A stretch of DNA of 63,103 nt, the filler included, from Rhabdomonas costata (lineage: Eukaryota): assembly GCA_019059605.1 (NCBI GenBank). It is 39 parts of 39 records of this genome, joined end to end, with 100 filler letters (N's around TTAATTAATTAA, not from the genome) between each part and the next. Parts side by side here need not be neighbours in the genome. Positions count along the whole stretch, not along the records: positions 37,298 to 38,817 come from JAHMHO010013963.1; positions 38,918 to 40,437 come from JAHMHO010013964.1; positions 40,538 to 42,056 come from JAHMHO010013965.1; positions 42,157 to 43,675 come from JAHMHO010013966.1; positions 43,776 to 45,294 come from JAHMHO010013967.1; positions 45,395 to 46,913 come from JAHMHO010013968.1; positions 47,014 to 48,532 come from JAHMHO010013969.1; positions 48,633 to 50,152 come from JAHMHO010013970.1; 31 more parts are not named here. One strand, given 5' to 3'. A program made the translations under genes and the position numbers. Shown piece after piece: positions 37,298-49,889 of the stretch (position 1 is its first letter; every line of letters starts with the position of its first letter). Under the pieces are notes generated by a model, which was given only the letters and a program-made list of their open reading frames with translations, was not told the DNA's origin and made no database searches.

Positions 37298-38075
37298 GGG
37301 GGGTGATGTCGCAGACCTACGAGCCGGAGCGTAAACCGGTCAATCACAACACCGTAGACCTCAGTTTGAGGAACTTCAAGCGGGTGCTGGAGATTACTCG
37401 CGCTCTGGGGCTAGACGCCCGGTACCCTGACACTGCGGCGAAGGTGGTGGCCACGGGGCCCCTTGGTGTCCTCCCCTCGAAAGCACAGAAGACCATGTTT
37501 GAGGGGTACGGGCACTTCCCCCCACCGCCCGCATAGGTCCCATAGATTGTCGACACCTTCTTGACATAATCCTGCCAGTATTTTCCATCACCCGCTGGGG
37601 TTGGTTTCTCACTCAGACTGGTTCGGAGCAGGTCAGTCAGACCGGTAAACGCTGTGCCGCATTTCCCCCTCTTGGGGCCCACAGCACGAAAGCCGGTTTT
37701 AAGGGGCAGAAGAGGTGGGAACGCTCCTGAACTAGCAATGAGACTTTTTTAAATGAAGTCTTTGAGCCGCCATACGCAGTTTTCAATTGCCTCTCATCCC
37801 TACCCCGAGGGAATGACATTTTTATATCCCCTGTTTGTATGTGTGTCCATTGAGGGGACTCCTGCACCACCGGGTCAGGTGAAAACGATCTTTCCCCTGA
37901 CGCATGGAAACCTTGTGTGTGCATTGTGTGAAGTGTTGTGGGGACATCTCTGCGAGGAACTCGAAAGAACTTGTCCACGCAAACAGGGAAACAGGAGAGG
38001 TATGGGTCATTTTGGCCCTTTTATGGGCACCATAAGAGTACTTCATGGACGCTTCGGATGAATGAATGAATGAAT
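37298..38075 (+). mobile_element. Possible 3' end of an RLE-type non-LTR element ending in a hairpin and (TGAA)n tail
   Basis: VVATGPLGVLP resembles the RLE C-terminal motif; CTTTTATGG-GCA-CCATAAGAG stem, then ATGAATGAATGAATGAAT at 38058-38075. Confidence 0.35.
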
Positions 38076-38917
38076 CCTTTGGTTTGCCACTGTCATAGAG
38101 GTCTCACAGCAGTCAATGGGACCTTTTCTATGCTTTTCTCGACTCCCGTGCATATATCAGGAGAGAGATAAAGATAAAGATAAAGATAGTTTCCACACCT
38201 GCAGGGTACTGTGTCAATACCTAAATACCGTCATTTGTCAAGTGAGTGCGTATGTGACCCTATTGTCTATTTGTGTATCTCTGGGTGGGTAGGTGTATCG
38301 CCAGTCGTTGCCAGACCCACAGCGCAGCGCGAAGCATGGGACAGAATCCCTCGCCAGCCCATTGGGGTGAAGGAAACCACGGACAGGCTTTTGATAGCGT
38401 GTCCTTAGTGGGCCTCGCTCCGGCCTTTATTGTTGTAGTAGTGAGATTACCTACTGAAGTGGGGTAGAACGGCCTATTTGCCACACGAAACCAGTTGAGT
38501 TTTGCCGGTTTTGGGTGCTTGGGTTGCAGGCTGCTGGCAATGGGGAAGCGGCAGCTGGCGTTCCTTAGCGAGGACAATCCCTTGTGGGCCCGCAGACTGG
38601 CCAAAGTGAGGCGCCTGCTGACCTCTGGGGAGAGCCTGGCCCTGTTGTACCCCAGGAACGACCCATGACCCACCCACCCACCACATCTCGTCCGAACATG
38701 GTGCGACTGAACATGCAGGAGAGTTGCACCATCAACCTTTTGGGAAGGACTGGTTTCCAGCCTTGTGACCATCTTTGAGACGTGTGCGAAACCACACCCC
38801 ACACCCCATCCTCAGAGNNNNNNNNNNNNNNNNNNNNNNNNNNNNNNNNNNNNNNNNNNNNTTAATTAATTAANNNNNNNNNNNNNNNNNNNNNNNNNNN
38901 NNNNNNNNNNNNNNNNN

Positions 38918-39729
38918 GGTTGGGGGGTGCGGACGCCGTGGTAGTGGACTTCCCCGAAGCTGTTGGTGCCCTCCTTGGCATTGACGCCATAGAAGGTCTC
39001 GTCGTCCCACTCGTAGTCCTCGGGGTTGGGCATGCCCTCCAGCTCCTCGGGCGGGGTCGCGTGCTTGGAGTTCAGCATGTCCACGCCGACTCTGGAATCC
39101 CCTCCACCTGACAGTTTTTGAATGTGTGTGCGTATGTGTGTGTGTGGGTAAGTATGAATTACCCAACACAACTTTGTCACACGTCTGCTGATTTATGCAA
39201 TACCGAACGCTTGCTATTATTATTGACTTACGGGTTGACAGGACACAGAAACACTATCGTGTTACACAAGAGGCTGTAAAAAGGCAGTAGAAGGCGTGGG
39301 GATATGACTTTGCCTCCTTTCAACAAAGCAACAAGGTGGCAGTCAAAGGTTCTTCAGGAAGGCAGCCACGCGTCCACAGTCTATGACGCCCACATAGAGG
39401 ACAATGCCACAACGTTGGGTAATCTAATGAGCCAGGCTGCAATGGGAAACGGCCACTTAAAATGAGAGAAGCATCAGTAAGGAGGGGTTTTCCTCAAAAC
39501 CTGTGGAGGCCTCTTCGGGGATGCTGCTGAACCGGTGCGCGATGTCGTACACGAGCCAATGTGTGGCCCTGGTCTCCAGGTCCGTCATCACGACAACAAA
39601 GCTGGCGGCCTCCTCTGGCGCGCCCTCCCACCGCAGCGCTGGGCTGATGGCGTCCCCTGTCGGAAGCTCATGGGCCTCCACAGGCAGCGTGCCCTCAGCA
39701 GAGACGGACTCCACCCAAATGGTGAACTT
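38918..39729 (-). CDS. PEBP, bacterial YbhB/YbcL type, partial; exons ~39729-39501 and 39107-38918
   Basis: ISPALRWEGAPEEAASFVVVMTD...HWLVYDI...IPEEAST|G...EGTNSFGEVHYHG; GT-AG intron. Confidence 0.85.
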
Positions 39730-39879
39730 CTTCGCGGGAGTGGCGGCATGGGAATGAGGAGGGAGGGCAGGGGAAGTCCAGAAGGTTCCCGGTTAGGTGC
39801 TATGCAGTCAGATGGTGTGGAAGAAGACGCTTTTGGAGAGTTGATGCTAAGAAGGCTTCCTGGAGAGCACTCTAAGCTG

Positions 39880-40314
39880 GTGTTCAGTCCGAAAGAAGAG
39901 GTGAAGTTAGACCCTCGTGTTTTTGGAGAGGCTTGTCACAGGCTGTTGGTAACACCGTGATTGGATTTGTTCGCGTCCAATAGGCATAACCAGGGGCCGA
40001 GGTATTTTACTGCAGAGAAGGGGGATGAGGCTGTCACGCAATCGCGTATGAGTGGATTCCAGAGGTTTGCTTGTTCGCAAATCCACTAAGGAGTTTCATC
40101 CCGTTGGTGCTGATGAAGATTTGCAAAGATAAAGCGCGAGTGTTGCTAGTTACGCCAAACTGGACGGACGCACCTTGGTTTCCTCTGTTGGAGGAAATTA
40201 CAGTGCGGAGGTTGTAAGCTTTATTTGTCAGAGAATGGGGATAAGAGACCCCCGACAAGGTGGCCGACATTGCTTTCGTACGTGGTCGGTAAAGACGTTG
40301 AGGGGGTGGTGTAA
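39880..40314 (+). pseudogene. Transposon-type N6-adenine DNA methyltransferase (phage Dam/DIRS-MT-like), degenerate
   Basis: EEVKLDPRVFGEAC...*LDLFASNRHNQGPRYFT / YEWIPEVCLFANPLRSFIPLVLMKICKDKARVLLVTPNWTDAPWFPLL / LYLSENGDKRPPTRWPTL; stops and two frameshifts. Confidence 0.82.
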
Positions 40315-40585
40315 CAAGAGGATGTAAATGGAGCTTGGAGAAGTTTGGATTGAGAAGTTAGCCTGAGAGTGCGACTGTGCAGCAGAAGGATCTTCAGAGT
40401 TGAGCCTGAAAGTTGTGCCGCCGCTCCCCCAACAACCNNNNNNNNNNNNNNNNNNNNNNNNNNNNNNNNNNNNNNNNNNNNTTAATTAATTAANNNNNNN
40501 NNNNNNNNNNNNNNNNNNNNNNNNNNNNNNNNNNNNNTGTTGTTTTTCTTTCGTTTCACCCTCGGCATTGATCTGTAATATTCCG

Positions 40586-41270
40586 ATGGCTTGGAGCAAA
40601 GAGGAGCACGTGATGGCTCTGGAGCTGTACTTTAGAGAGGCCTGCACACATGCCACAGCTTCACACGGCCACCCACGGCTGTGGTTGTTTTGTAGCAAAA
40701 TCATCAAGGAGCAAAATCTCCGGTGCACCCTGCATCAATCCACGATCCCGCCATTCCGAACACCAGAATACCTCGAACCCCACAGATCTTGCAAAGCTCA
40801 GCAGCCGCCGGCAAACTGCGGGGGAACAGCACAGTGCTGCCGGGCTCACGAGAAAGCCCCGGATGTCAGGTTCCACCTCGGCAAGGACATGCGCAAGCAC
40901 TCCAACCGCAGAAACAACCTTTGGGTCTGTGACCAGAAAAAACGGTAATAAAAAGAGAGGGTAATGCCAACATCAAACGAAGAGAAGAAGCTGTTCGCAT
41001 TTATTTCGCAGATGTCTACCACCATTGAATGTCATTGGCGCAGGGCACAGGAATGCGACGAGACGATGGGTGGACGGAAGACGGATGACCACCAAAAAGG
41101 CATCCGGCCAAGCAGAATAACAGTGCCGCGGTGGCAAAAGGGCGATGACCTGATGTTGTCTCCAAGTACTGCACCGCGGAGACAAAGATGGTGTTGTGAT
41201 TCCCCTGAAGGGCCCGGCTGAGTTTGCTGAACTCCTTCAGAGATCTGCGCGAACGCAAGCGACGTTCCTA
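40586..41270 (+). mobile_element. Degenerate Tc1/mariner-like transposase
   Basis: N-terminal MAWSKEEHVMALELYF; RIYFAD...LNVIGAGHRNATRRW (first-D region); RGGKRAMT*CCL, which resembles GGxxVMVWxC with TGG changed to TGA. Confidence 0.45.
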
Positions 41271-42375
41271 TCAAACCTAAAAATCCTTAATCCCCCCCCC
41301 CAAAAAAAAAGTCCATCGGAGCCAAGCATTTTTTTCGCAGTATCAAATCTTCGAGGCACTCCGTCACAAACATCGGGTTGGGGTAGACAGTCCCTGGGAG
41401 GAATACATTGTACTTCATAAATATCTTTGTTTTACAGTGTGTAAAGCGTGTTTCACCGTTCGGGGAGATAGTCTCGGATTACATACATACGCACGTTGTG
41501 GGTGTCGCGTCAAACCCTCAGGCAGCGAGGGGAAGAAGCGGCACACGAGAGAGTGGGAGACATATAAAGATGAGGGTTTTAGCTTCTGCCCCCAGGAGTG
41601 AGAAGTGCCCCCACATAACTGCGGGCAAGCGTGTGAAATGGATGAGAATGAATCTGCTGCGTAGGGGAAGTGAGAAATGCGGAAAATGGATGGGAGGAGG
41701 GGCATACTCCACCCTGCGGTCCCATGAGCTGGAGCACGCCTGCTCCACCGCTCTGCCCAGGACGGCCACAACCGCTGCAGGAGCGGGAGTCCCACCTGCA
41801 CGGCAACAGCTCACGTCCAGTAGCCACAGGACAACACCCGGGAACTTCGGCGAACAAAAGAAGTCTCCCTGCAACCAAAACGCGCACGGGCAAGACGCGG
41901 CTGCATTTGAAGGCGCCCCAATGACTGAGACATAATTTGGCCCACATCAACGTGTCTGGGGAACAAGAAATTTGTTCCACTGAAATTCTGAAAGAGAACA
42001 AGGTGCAAAAGAAAAGAAGCATAAGCGGTGATGTAAACGTGGCGTAAAAACCCACCNNNNNNNNNNNNNNNNNNNNNNNNNNNNNNNNNNNNNNNNNNNN
42101 TTAATTAATTAANNNNNNNNNNNNNNNNNNNNNNNNNNNNNNNNNNNNNNNNNNNNGTTGGTGTGGGGTGAAACAATGCGTAAATGTGCAAAAAGAGGTG
42201 TGTGATACATTGGGGAGAAGGGGAGGAGAAGGAGGTGAGTGAGGTGAGCGAAGGTGTACAAAAGGGAAAGGAACAATTTAGCTTTTTCAAATCGGAAAAT
42301 CGGATCCGAATTTTCCGAAGGTCTCTGTTCTCACCTTTTTGGCCGGGCGAAGGCAGGCACACAGACCAAACCAAC

Positions 42376-43621
42376 CTCCTCCTGCCGGCACAATGAGGCC
42401 ACCGCCGCCGCAGCTGTGTGCTCCTGCAGCAGAGCCAGTTCCCGCGCAGCGGCGCCAGAGAAGCCCAGCCAGAGCTCCGAGAGCTCCCCCCGAAGGCGCT
42501 CCTCCGCCCCCACAGTGACCTCCACCGCTGCCGCAAATCCATCAGAGACCGCGCCCTGGGAAGGGGCAAGGGTCACAGGCAAGTGCACCGAACTCCATGA
42601 AAAGCAGTCGGTGTGTGTCAACCAAAGACGGAAGTCCCAGAAAAGCAGTCCCTTTGCTGCAAAGCAATATGCACAATTCTCACACAGACCATTCAAAACG
42701 ATCCAATATTTGTCCCAGATTGGTACCCTCCGATTTGTCTCTCCAGTTTTTCTCTGCTTTTGTCGCTCGCACCCTTCTCACGTTCCTTCGGTTGTCTGCT
42801 TCTTGCTAACTTTCTTTCCCTAATCAGATTTGTGTTTTGTGTTCCCCCGCATATCTCTCTTGCGTTCCTACCTGTAAACTGTTTTTGTGGTGTCGCTTCA
42901 AGAACTCTTATGCTTGTGCCGCAGTGGTATACTTTTCCAAAATTTAATTGCCTCAAAACGGGTGCAAACATAAACACATCTGACGTTTACCAACGAGACG
43001 GGGGCGGAAATTGCCTGGGAAGGATAAACACGAGGTTTGGGTATTCAAACTGAGTTGGCGCGAGCGTCAGCGAGGTCGGCGAGGAGACGGTCGCGGAAAG
43101 CGCACGTTGGGGCCGAATAAACATGAGAAGATTCCACGGTCAAGGATTTCTACGGCACGGGATTCAAATGCGAATGCCATTCGAGAGAAGGTCCATGATG
43201 TGCCCATTTTGTACCTCTCGAATCCGAAGGAGCAATCCATGAAAGCAGTTCTGGCCATTTCACAGCGCCCCCCAAGAAAAAACGATCCCAATACACCCCA
43301 TTTCTCTCATAGCATCTGTTCTGTAGAGGGGAGCCCCTGTTCGGAGAATGCGATGGATGCGTTCCCTCACCCAAAACCCCTCACCCCGCCCGCATTAATA
43401 ATTTCCCCTCCTATAATCAGAAAAGCGGATATATGTGTGAGGGAAGTGAGAAAGTCAAGCGGAACCTGAGTCAATTCTGACCCCAGGAGGGCCATCCCAT
43501 ACGCCCACTGCTGCTCCACACTCTCGCGGCAAAGGCTCTCCTCCAGCACAAACTTCTCCAGCTCCTTCTCAAGGAGCTGCCACTGCATTTCGCGCATTTT
43601 GCCATGAAGGGCTTCTGTCAG
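42376..43621 (-). CDS. Coiled-coil protein with EExxR repeats; exons 43621-43466, a short exon near 43250-43215, and 42555-42376
   Basis: AG/GT-bounded GC-rich exons: FVLEESLCRESVEQQW and VGAEERLRGELSELW. Confidence 0.65.
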
Positions 43622-43885
43622 CTGCCCAACGAATGGCAGAAGTACCTGAATCACCCATATGACACCCCCCCACACNNNNNNNNNNNNNNNNNNNNNNNNN
43701 NNNNNNNNNNNNNNNNNNNTTAATTAATTAANNNNNNNNNNNNNNNNNNNNNNNNNNNNNNNNNNNNNNNNNNNNTGTGTTGAGAGTGTTTGGTTGTTGT
43801 GTTCGCAGCTTGCACTTTGCACGAGAGATTCGCCTCGCGATCGGACGAAAGGACAAGCTTTTTTTTGTGCTGCATTGGTTTTCAG

Positions 43886-43979
43886 GTCACCCGTGTGGAT
43901 GACGGGCGTGGGCGTGTCTCGGAGACAGTGGAAGAGTCCTCTGGTGCCGCCCCCACGACCAAGATAACCATATCCTCAG
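43886..43979 (+). CDS. Probable internal exon, unknown protein
   Basis: TTTTCAG acceptor, CAG|GTAC donor, open frame VTRVDDGRGRVSETVEESSG. Confidence 0.45.
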
Positions 43980-46202
43980 GTACGCCCTGAAGGCGGTGGG
44001 GGGCGGTGCGCACCACGAGGTCTCCTGGCCAGCACTCGGAGTGATGGGGAAAGCAATCATTATTGTCTTGAGCAGTCGTGAGGTCTTAGCACAATTGGAG
44101 GTTGTGGAACTATCCCTCCGAGATAAAGTTGCAGTTAGTGCGCTCTTGAGTCGATGTGCCCATTCAGCCCATTCAGGGAGCATCGAGTTCCCAAGAACAC
44201 CCTCGGTGGTTCCGTTTGTTGAGCCCTTCCCTCAACTCTGAACCGCGAAGCATTCCGCAAAGCCCCTCTCCTCCTGTTTCAGGGACTGTGCTGCGAGTAG
44301 CCATTTGATGGAGCCACACTATGCTCTGTTCTGGTATGTTGTTCATGACGGAGTCTTGCATTCCGGCGACAACCTGCACCTCCTCTTCAAATCGGGACGA
44401 CATTTTGGCTTCTGTGAGGGACGTCCCCCACAAGGTGTCCGCCAAGGCTGTTTATTGGTTCCCGCAGAGACCTATGGGATGCATTTGGGTCCTATGTGTT
44501 ATCATTTAAAAATACCACCTCGATTTTGCTTGATGTATTTTGGAAGGTTTTTTTTTAAGTTACCTGCTCGCCTGGCAGTTGCCTTTGCTATGCTGTCTTA
44601 CACCCCGCCCTTTCCTGCGCTGTGCAAGCTGCCCCGTAGGGCAGGTTGCAGGTTGGCTCTGTCCTAACCTTCTCTGATTCGAGCCCTCTTCCTGCTCAGA
44701 AGGGCTTCTCGCAGGTGGGTGTGGGTGGGGCCCCCGTTCCTTTTGGGATTGGTCTTCGACACACCTTCACAGCGATTCTTTGGAGTTTTGTTTGCACTCT
44801 CGTTTTTGTGAACAACGAACCCCTGCAGCGCTGTAAATAATGCCTGATTGGTGTTTTGTCGTGCCACTGCCGGCTTCGCCGACTGTCTCGGTCAGAACAG
44901 GACTGGACGCGCACAAATGAAAGCAAACAGCAAATGCGTGCTCCCCCGAAAGAGATCTGGACATTGGTACTAGACCCGAATTACGCCTGCTTACGGCTCC
45001 CAGTGAGTATGGCTCGCTATTACGCTGCACCGGCTGATGAAGGGGCCCTCCGGATCCTGGATAATTTCCGCTGATCGACGATCGCATTCTCCCCAAAACC
45101 TAATGCACAACGTCTACGCTATATTCAGCGTTGCCATGGTCTCGTTGGTGACCCTCAAGTTACAATTCAACAATTTCCAATGGTTTCTCAAGTGTGTGAT
45201 TGTCTTCAGGTTTCACACATGCACACGCGTATTTTTTCAGCAGAGTCCATTCTTGCATCACTTTTCGGTTTGCTTCTCCGTTCCACACACAACCNNNNNN
45301 NNNNNNNNNNNNNNNNNNNNNNNNNNNNNNNNNNNNNNTTAATTAATTAANNNNNNNNNNNNNNNNNNNNNNNNNNNNNNNNNNNNNNNNNNNNCAAAAC
45401 CCATTCATAAGAAACGAGCGCAACCCAACTGCTAACTCTCTCGCCACACCCCGCCTACCACAGCGACCCCACCTAAAGCTCCACATGGCAACAAAAGCCA
45501 CCACTCAACACACGCACTTTTTTGAAAAAGAAAGAAACAACGATTCGGACGCATAATGGAACGGGCGTGGGAATCCCGCTTTGCACTAGCACCTCCCCAC
45601 GTACCGAGCCGAAGTAGCCCCACTGTGGATCACCCTCCGCAGAGCTCACGACAGGGACTGGAAGGGAGTATCCGTCAGCCCACATCACCCACACCAAGGG
45701 GGACCCGGGGAGTTTCCAGTACAGCCTCCGGAATCGATCCTCACCTGGAGAAAGAAGCAAAGCACGAGTCGGAGTGAAGTAAAAACGGTCAGCCGTTGTT
45801 ATCACTTTGCTCTGCGCGCAATTCCAAGCATCCGCGTCAGCCAATAAGCCATCTCCGAAACAAAATGCCATTCCTCAGCCAAAAATTAGAATGGAAAAGG
45901 TTTTCCCGACAGACGCTTGCATAAGCTAAATTAAATAACCCTTTCGATCCTCCCCGATCAACTGTAAGCTACCAACGCACCCCCCCTCGCCCCACGACCA
46001 CTGCATGCACAAGACCGCACCGCAGAGTATGTCGAACCTTTCGGAAGGGTGGACCTGAATGACCAACCTCATTATTTTCGGTTTCTTTCATTCCTGTGAT
46101 CTCTGCGACAGCTCCTGCAAAGGAGGTGAGGGTGCAATATGCACACTAACCTAATGGGAAGCGCTTCACGGCCTGCGACTCCAGCGCCCGGCAGTGCTTC
46201 AC

Positions 46203-46444
46203 CTGCAGGGCCTCCAGGGCGGCCGCCCTGACCTGCCACTTCCTAGACAGCAGACACCGCGTCACAGAGTCCCCAAAGGCATCCACCAGGAGCTGCACCG
46301 TGGAGGCTGGGATCCTGCTGCGGGCGCAGAGCTCGCTCAGGTCAGCCTCGTCCTGCGACACCTCAGAAGTTCCCAGTGTCTTGAGCGCCAGGGCCAACAA
46401 AGGGGATTCCCAATCACTCACGGGCTTCCGCGGAAACACCACCA
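46203..46444 (-). CDS. TOG/HEAT-repeat exon, CEP104-like
   Basis: LVDAFGDSVTRCLLSRKWQVRAAALEAL resembles the CEP104 motif LIDVFGxxxVxCLxSKxWQLRExAL; AG/GT bounded. Confidence 0.65.
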
Positions 46445-47395
46445 CTGCAAGCAAACACAGAGAGAAAAGGGGATGCCCATTCCTGTGAAACGTGGAATTC
46501 GCACGTGCGCTCTAACAGCGTGGGGAACGCAGTCCAATTACAAAATCAGATTCTGTCTGATCGCCACCTGTGCAGCAATGGAAAGCAATTCAATATTTCC
46601 CACCAAGAGGCTAGAACCTGTAAAAAAAACAGTCCAGTTGTGTGACAGGGCGGAAGTCTTTTTTGGCCCCTTCCCCCTGGAAATGAGATTTATACGGAGG
46701 ATATGAAAGCACGTAGGACTTTGGGACCCGAAGTGCAGCGGAGCGGCCCAAAACATAAGATGTGGAAAAACGTTCATCGCATACAAAATTCTTATACCGG
46801 AATCCCAGGGGCAAGTACGTCCCCTCCTAACCCCCTGCAAATCCTTCAATTTGAATTCCAGGGGATATTTGCATCGCCCCTCTGCAGTAACAGGAGAGAT
46901 ATGCCACCCCACCNNNNNNNNNNNNNNNNNNNNNNNNNNNNNNNNNNNNNNNNNNNNTTAATTAATTAANNNNNNNNNNNNNNNNNNNNNNNNNNNNNNN
47001 NNNNNNNNNNNNNGGTTGGGGGTTTCTACAAGGATCGGGTTGAGTTGTGCAGCCTTCAGTGGCCAGAACACGGTATGCCCCCTCCACATGGCGTTTTATG
47101 TCCACCCCACCTATGGTGTCCACTTTTTGGAGCTGATTTCCGAAAACAAATAGTAATTCTGTACTATGTTTTTTTTGGTGGCGCGGTTGGCCATAAAAGC
47201 GGAGCGGCTTTGGTTCGAACGTCCTGAGCAATAACACGTGGCCTTGCGGGCTTTAGGGGGGCTCGAGCCAGTTGCCTGACTTGGTTTTTGTAAATTGTGG
47301 GGCCACGCAGCGTTTCAAGATGCTTGTTGTATACACGCGACGTCTAGGGCTGCTCCGTATCAGTCCTCTTTCACATGACCAAACCAACAACATGA

Positions 47396-47432
47396 TGGTC
47401 TTTGGTCTTTGGTCTTTGGTCTTTGGTCTTTG
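47396..47432. repeat. (TGGTCTT)n heptamer tandem repeat
   Basis: About five units read directly. Confidence 0.92.
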
Positions 47433-48714
47433 TTTGGGCGAATGAGCGAGTGGAATGCACGTTCTTCATAGAGCTTCTGCTGCGATTGCACCGACACTGC
47501 CGCTGTGGCCAACCCAGTGGGGCAGTACCGATACCCGTACCCCTGCGGGTCAGCCTCAACCACGGCGTACAAGTACACTGCCACGTATGATTTCGGCTAA
47601 CCCTCGGGCAGCCTTGATGAGACCTTTCATTTATCGCTTGCTTGTTTTGCTCGCGGCCCTTTCTGCCGAGCTCTTCGCTCGTCCAGGTGCGTTGTCAAAA
47701 CGGGATGATGGTCAGTGTGCGAAGCTTTGTCTTTCCCGTCATTTGCTCAGCGCCTCTATGATCTGCCTGATAGGGTGGACCCCACCACGATGTACACGGC
47801 GTACTCGTGCGGTGCGGCTTCTATGTCGTTCACTGATACTCTCGTCCTTCTGGACTCCACTTCAGGAAGCACAGTGGTTTTTCCCCATCCCCGCCCTGCG
47901 TCAATGGTGTACGTAATTCGTTGACTGGGAGTTCCAAGTGAGATGCACGTATCCTTCATTAAGTGGGGTCTGAAAGTCCCCGCTTCCGACCGTGCCCCAG
48001 TACACGGTCTTCGGCCGAAGCACCAGGTGCATAATTTATCCCCGCAGCAGGCCCTTGCCGTTTTCCGTATTAGGAGCTCTTTTATTTGCGTATAATTGGG
48101 AGTACCAGGGACATTTTCTTTAATAGAGTCCAGATGGACGAGTTTGAAGTTTTTGTTATGGTGAGTTTGAGTGTTGTGTTCATTTTTGATGTGAATGGGT
48201 GCTACAGGGCAAGCGGCCCAGTTGATCGAAAATAGGTAGGGAGGTGGTTTAACATTTTTGTGCAGACCTAATGCACAAGTTGTTCAATGCCCGTTCATCC
48301 GAAGCACCATACCAGCTACGATGCAGAGTTTTTTCAAAACCCGTTCAATGTGGAGAATTATTTGCACTGGTGCGGTGTCCTTGTTTATTCGTGCGACTTA
48401 ATTCACGGCGGATAGTCGTTGACTTTGGGGTACATGTTTCAAGCGGCGTGACGACTGTGTACGGCTAAGTGAAAAATTTCCCCTAAGGGAAAAAAATTTC
48501 CCCCAAGTCCCACGTGGAGGCGAACAGGAGTCNNNNNNNNNNNNNNNNNNNNNNNNNNNNNNNNNNNNNNNNNNNNTTAATTAATTAANNNNNNNNNNNN
48601 NNNNNNNNNNNNNNNNNNNNNNNNNNNNNNNNGTTGTTGTGTAACTTGGTAAACTAAGGTCTAGCCGGCCTATAGGCCTGGCCTATATAGCCCATGGGCA
48701 GCAACCGGGTACCT

Positions 48715-49144
48715 TCAAGTGACCCTATCTAGACTAGCTCGCACAGCCCCCATCCGCACCATTGTACACCGTGCCCCACTTGTGGTGGGGTCCCACCCAT
48801 ACCTGGGCCATGGGGCCTTGTGGGGTTCCGGGTATAGGGGTACCTTGGTATACTATGGTTCAGCTGGCCTATGGGCTATAGGCCTGGCCTATAGGGTCTA
48901 AGGTGGTACCCCCGGTACACCCCATCTAGTCCTCGATTGCAGCCCGGGCAATGGGATTATGACACACAGCGACCCCACATGGGGGGGAGGGTCCCCCCCA
49001 CAACTTCCGGCCATGCATCAAGGCAGTATAGTGTGAAAGTGATGGACACGCTTGCTTTGCTTTGCTTTGCTTTGCTTTGCTTTGCTTTGCTTTGCTTTGC
49101 TTTATTCGCACGAGAATCTCAGCTTCCCCTCACCGAGGCTCGAA
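48715..49144. repeat. Dispersed repeat, copy 1, with internal (TTTGC)n
   Basis: Collinear similarity to 50378-50715. Confidence 0.85.
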
Positions 49145-49889
49145 AAACAACGGCAATGATGAGCTGCCCGAGACTCGACCCGTGACAAGTGTCTTCACCA
49201 GGTTTGGTTACGGCAGCACTTGTACTCACTACTTCTGATGAGAAATATCTGTCCCAGAGGGATGCCGAAAATATGGGGGGAACGTACGAAACCTACTGAA
49301 ATAAGAAGCGCTGGGGCATCGCACCCCAGTTGGGGGGAGAGGGAGGGTCTCCAAAATGCACTTGATAGAGTGGTCCCCATCCCATAATCCCTCTACGCCA
49401 AATAAGAATATGAGAATCCCTGCGTGCAGCAGGAGTGCAAAGTTTAGGTTTAGGTTGTGCTGACAACCAGGATATCGCTGCGGACACCACAATATCGCAC
49501 TTTTTTATCGCGAACTCTTGGTTATGTTAAGATAGGTAGATATATAAGAACATAAAAACTCTCGAACGCCATCAAGAAGTGAAGGTGTTAAAGTTGGGGT
49601 GGAGAACAAACATTGAAAAGCTCCGTTCAGACCACAGGCAATACGCGGACAGTTTAAATGATCGAAAAACCAGGGTTGAAGCGCAGGAAAACGTAAAATG
49701 GGGCATTTAAACTTGGTTTTACCGTCGTGTTTCCTTCGCGGTTAAGCAACGGCTGTCGGAAAACTTGGAAGGCCTGACCTATTCCTGGGTTAGTGAAACG
49801 AACGTGTCTATGACGATAAGGGTGGGACAGAAGGGACATCAAATATAAGGCTAAGGCACGATCGGCAGAGCGCTGGACACACACACACA

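Noticed and set aside
39730..39880. PEBP and methyltransferase as a functional two-gene system
   Set aside because: They are on opposite strands and the MTase is pseudogenised; an intronic transposon insertion explains the adjacency.
45473..45871. Minus-strand ORF faintly like a CRE RT (VSSAEGDPQWG)
   Set aside because: The key DxxNAFN and QGDPL motifs are not recognisable.
49230..49310. Hammerhead ribozyme candidates (CTGATGA...GAAA here; CTGACGA near 50764; CTGAGGA near 34990)
   Set aside because: Stems II and III do not pair convincingly.
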